From Pavona decussata (lineage: Eukaryota), in contig CDRNST010000196.1 in the NCBI GenBank assembly GCA_977016875.1, forward strand, positions 868,001 to 932,000: a stretch of 64,000 nucleotides of DNA, read 5' to 3'. Shown in pieces: positions 62,301 through 64,000 of the stretch (within the stretch, counting starts at the first letter, position 1; every line of letters starts with the position of its first letter). Below the pieces are notes generated by a model, which had not been told where the DNA came from, searched no databases, and saw nothing but the letters and a program-made list of their open reading frames with translations. A program made the translations under genes and the position numbers.

Positions 62301-62872
62301 TCGCGTTTTTCCAACTGGAATGATCTTTCTAACGCCTCTCTTTCCCTCTCGTATTTGTCCTCCAGATCTAACTCTGGTCGCATATGGCTCGTCAAAGCAC
62401 CATTGTTTATTCTAAGATACACCTCGGCAATTTCTCGTATCAAATTCGAATCAACTTCATCGATCTCGTGTCCACCGGTTGATCTTCGGTGAAGGCCGGT
62501 CAGAAACCGATGTCCATCGGTGGAATTTTCGGAAAACGAATGCATCTGTCCGACGTCGGAAACAAACGTATCGTTCACTGCAAAATTTACTGCGTTCGCT
62601 GTCGTTGCGGATTCGGTTATTCTAGAAGCTTCAATCATTTGCTCCTTGTCTATTTCGAGTTGCTTCAGAAGCTGTTGTCTTTCGAGATCGAAGCGTCGTT
62701 TCATGCGGCTAATCTCCTCTTCGTGGCTCTGAGCCAAAATATCTTTCTCGATAATAAATCCTCGCACTATGTCCTCGATTTCCTGTCGATAATTTTCCTC
62801 CGCGTGCTCTGTTTGGCCATCAGTGTTCACAGTTAGCAGTTTCTCTTCGTTTTCTGCGTTTGTATTTTCCAT
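50074..62872 (-). CDS. Large coiled-coil protein with ninein/NINL-like C-terminus, ~1852 aa; join(62872..58736,57280..56576,55206..55030,53998..53846,51834..51706,50331..50074)
   Basis: All introns are GT-AG and phase 0; heptad-rich sequence. C-terminal IIHRLYGENTDL...EKLQRKKVLLQKLVDKL resembles the ninein/NINL terminal motif (recalled as LYVENAHL...LEEKVRALNKLV). Confidence 0.75.
51045..51561. mobile_element. Tc1/mariner(pogo)-type MITE with internal subterminal repeats
   Basis: TA-CAGTCG...CGACTG-TA; TCGTAAGCGACC-like motif repeated in both orientations. Confidence 0.7.
51706..51834 (-). CDS. Ninein-like gene, coding exon 5
   Basis: TEFDHKNTKEY...YASQLRAQ; CAG acceptor, GTGAG donor. Confidence 0.8.
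53846..53998 (-). CDS. Ninein-like gene, coding exon 4
   Basis: NPSFHGFYSNRQDD...IANLQEK; CAG acceptor, GTAAA donor. Confidence 0.8.
55030..55206 (-). CDS. Ninein-like gene, coding exon 3
   Basis: DKKDALIQEYEEQIRELRQKKAELEQKVSLLEWQLENMKQKLELQEISHRREISALNEK; CAG acceptor, GTAAG donor. Confidence 0.85.
56139..56316 (+). mobile_element. tRNA(Thr-AGT-like)-derived SINE with microsatellite tail
   Basis: A-box TAGCTCAGTGG (56147) and B-box GTTCGACTCC (56192); mismatched anticodon and T stems; followed by a non-tRNA body and a (GTATT)n tail. Confidence 0.7.
56321..56410. repeat. (GTATT)18 microsatellite
   Basis: Perfect pentamer run. Confidence 0.95.
56576..57280 (-). CDS. Ninein-like gene, coding exon 2
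   Basis: EQLEKVKQDL...TTTTE; AG at 57282-57281, GT at 56575. Confidence 0.85.
57720..58712. mobile_element. Cluster of non-autonomous Crypton-like repeats in the ninein-like intron
   Basis: AACAATTATTCTCCGAAGTGGAGGTGGATAG...GAATAATTGTTTTAGTATATACC and ...CCAACGTGCACTCGTAGAATAATTGTTAA; CCAATCAGAGCGCGC motifs; shares motifs with 7390-8066. Confidence 0.45.
58736..62872 (-). CDS. Ninein-like gene, giant first coding exon (1379 codons)
   Basis: 4137-nt open frame; donor CAG|GTAAC at 58735. Confidence 0.9.
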
Positions 62873-64000
62873 CTTAATCCAATGCTACCCCATAGCATCT
62901 ACCAAAACAAAAAACAATTTTGTAGTATCCAACTAGTTTTTCTTCTACGCAGCGTATTTTTGCTCGCGTTTGCCTCTGTTTTCAGCGCTTGAATTAATCT
63001 TCATTCTGTATCTCTCTTCAACCGTAATTTTCAGCAAATTTGTAAAATCCAGTTACTGATGATACAAGCGCTGTTTTAAATGTCCTTTATACTATATAAT
63101 TCGCGGGGAATGATAAAATCTAATTAAGTCAGCTGCTTAAAGTAGGGAACACCATATTTGGAGGGATGTTCTATTGTTTTAACGACATGTGTGTATTCTT
63201 CGCCGCTCGACTCGAGAAATAGCACATCTTAGACGCTATGGAAATTTCTTTCACGTTTTTGACGTTTAAACATCGTTACTAAGAAGGCAAAAAGTTGCTA
63301 TGACAACTGCGTGATCAGCTTTGAAGTAACCATTTTCATACCGAGTAAAGATAACATTTATTGTCTAGTTTTGACTTATAAAGCTCATTTCTCTCGCATT
63401 TAAAACCTCCATATGACAAATTTGGTGGAGAGATAAGTACTTGGATGTGATGTGGCTAAGTTCAGAGCTATTTTGCATTATGCCACTCTATTGACATGCT
63501 ATTTTTCAAATTGTCTTCTCCAGTTTAATTATAAATTTAGCATCAGCTTTTTCCCTGGTCACGAAAACACTCTAATTCTCACAGTTATTAAATTTTCACT
63601 TAAAAGCGGACTACTTTGCCAGAGTTGGTGGCTGCCTTTTTAAGTTCATTTTTACCTGCCAAGTACCTGTTCTGGAGTCAACTGACTCCAAATTTACAAT
63701 GTTATTGTCTCAAATTAAAATATATGAAAATAAACACTTTGTGGAAACCTGTATGGTAAGTGGAGAGTCGAAAAGCAATTGGTCGGTGAGCTTGTCAATC
63801 TTTGCAGAAACACACCGGCATGTTTGGCTTAATTAAAAATCGCGACAAATTTAACTTAGTTCGAATTTAGAGCCATTCAGAGCCATTCATTCAGTTTTCG
63901 CTGGTTTGTGTGGTTATTGGATATGTGAGTTAGTTTCTAAAGATACTGCGGTGTTGCGTCGATAGAGAGTAGAAGCGAAAGTTTGGTTTTATCAACAGAG

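Noticed and set aside
58824-62836. Many Ser/Leu/Phe-rich plus-strand ORFs
   Set aside because: Antisense shadows of the E/K/R-rich coiled-coil exon.

Overview
AT-rich, intron-containing animal genomic DNA, not prokaryotic. The repeat content resembles that of a scleractinian coral or other anthozoan (inference). I assembled four spliced protein-coding genes by hand from GT-AG boundaries; the ORF track shows only fragments of them. (1) The 5' part of a secreted protein with ~24-aa repeats runs off the left edge (minus strand) and has a CRE-rich promoter. (2) A complete 6-exon, 318-aa secreted protein (minus, 8395-19684) consists of signal peptide + WIF (WIF-1/Ryk-type) domain + Pro-rich linker + basic NTR/C345C domain. 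It has no EGF repeats, Frizzled CRD or transmembrane segment, and it is the most interesting object in the window. (3) A 4-exon CCDC105/TEKTL1 tektin-like gene (plus, 43298-46972) has an RFX X-box-like promoter motif. (4) A 6-exon, ~1852-aa coiled-coil protein (minus, 50074-62872) has a ninein/NINL-type C-terminus and no visible EF-hand N-terminus. Between genes 2 and 3 lies an old tandem array of ~6-6.6 kb units with traces of STAND/NACHT-WD-like motifs, plus an internally deleted Crypton and LINE fragments. MITEs, tRNA-derived SINEs and microsatellites are scattered throughout. Family alignments are from recalled sequences and need HMM/BLAST confirmation.
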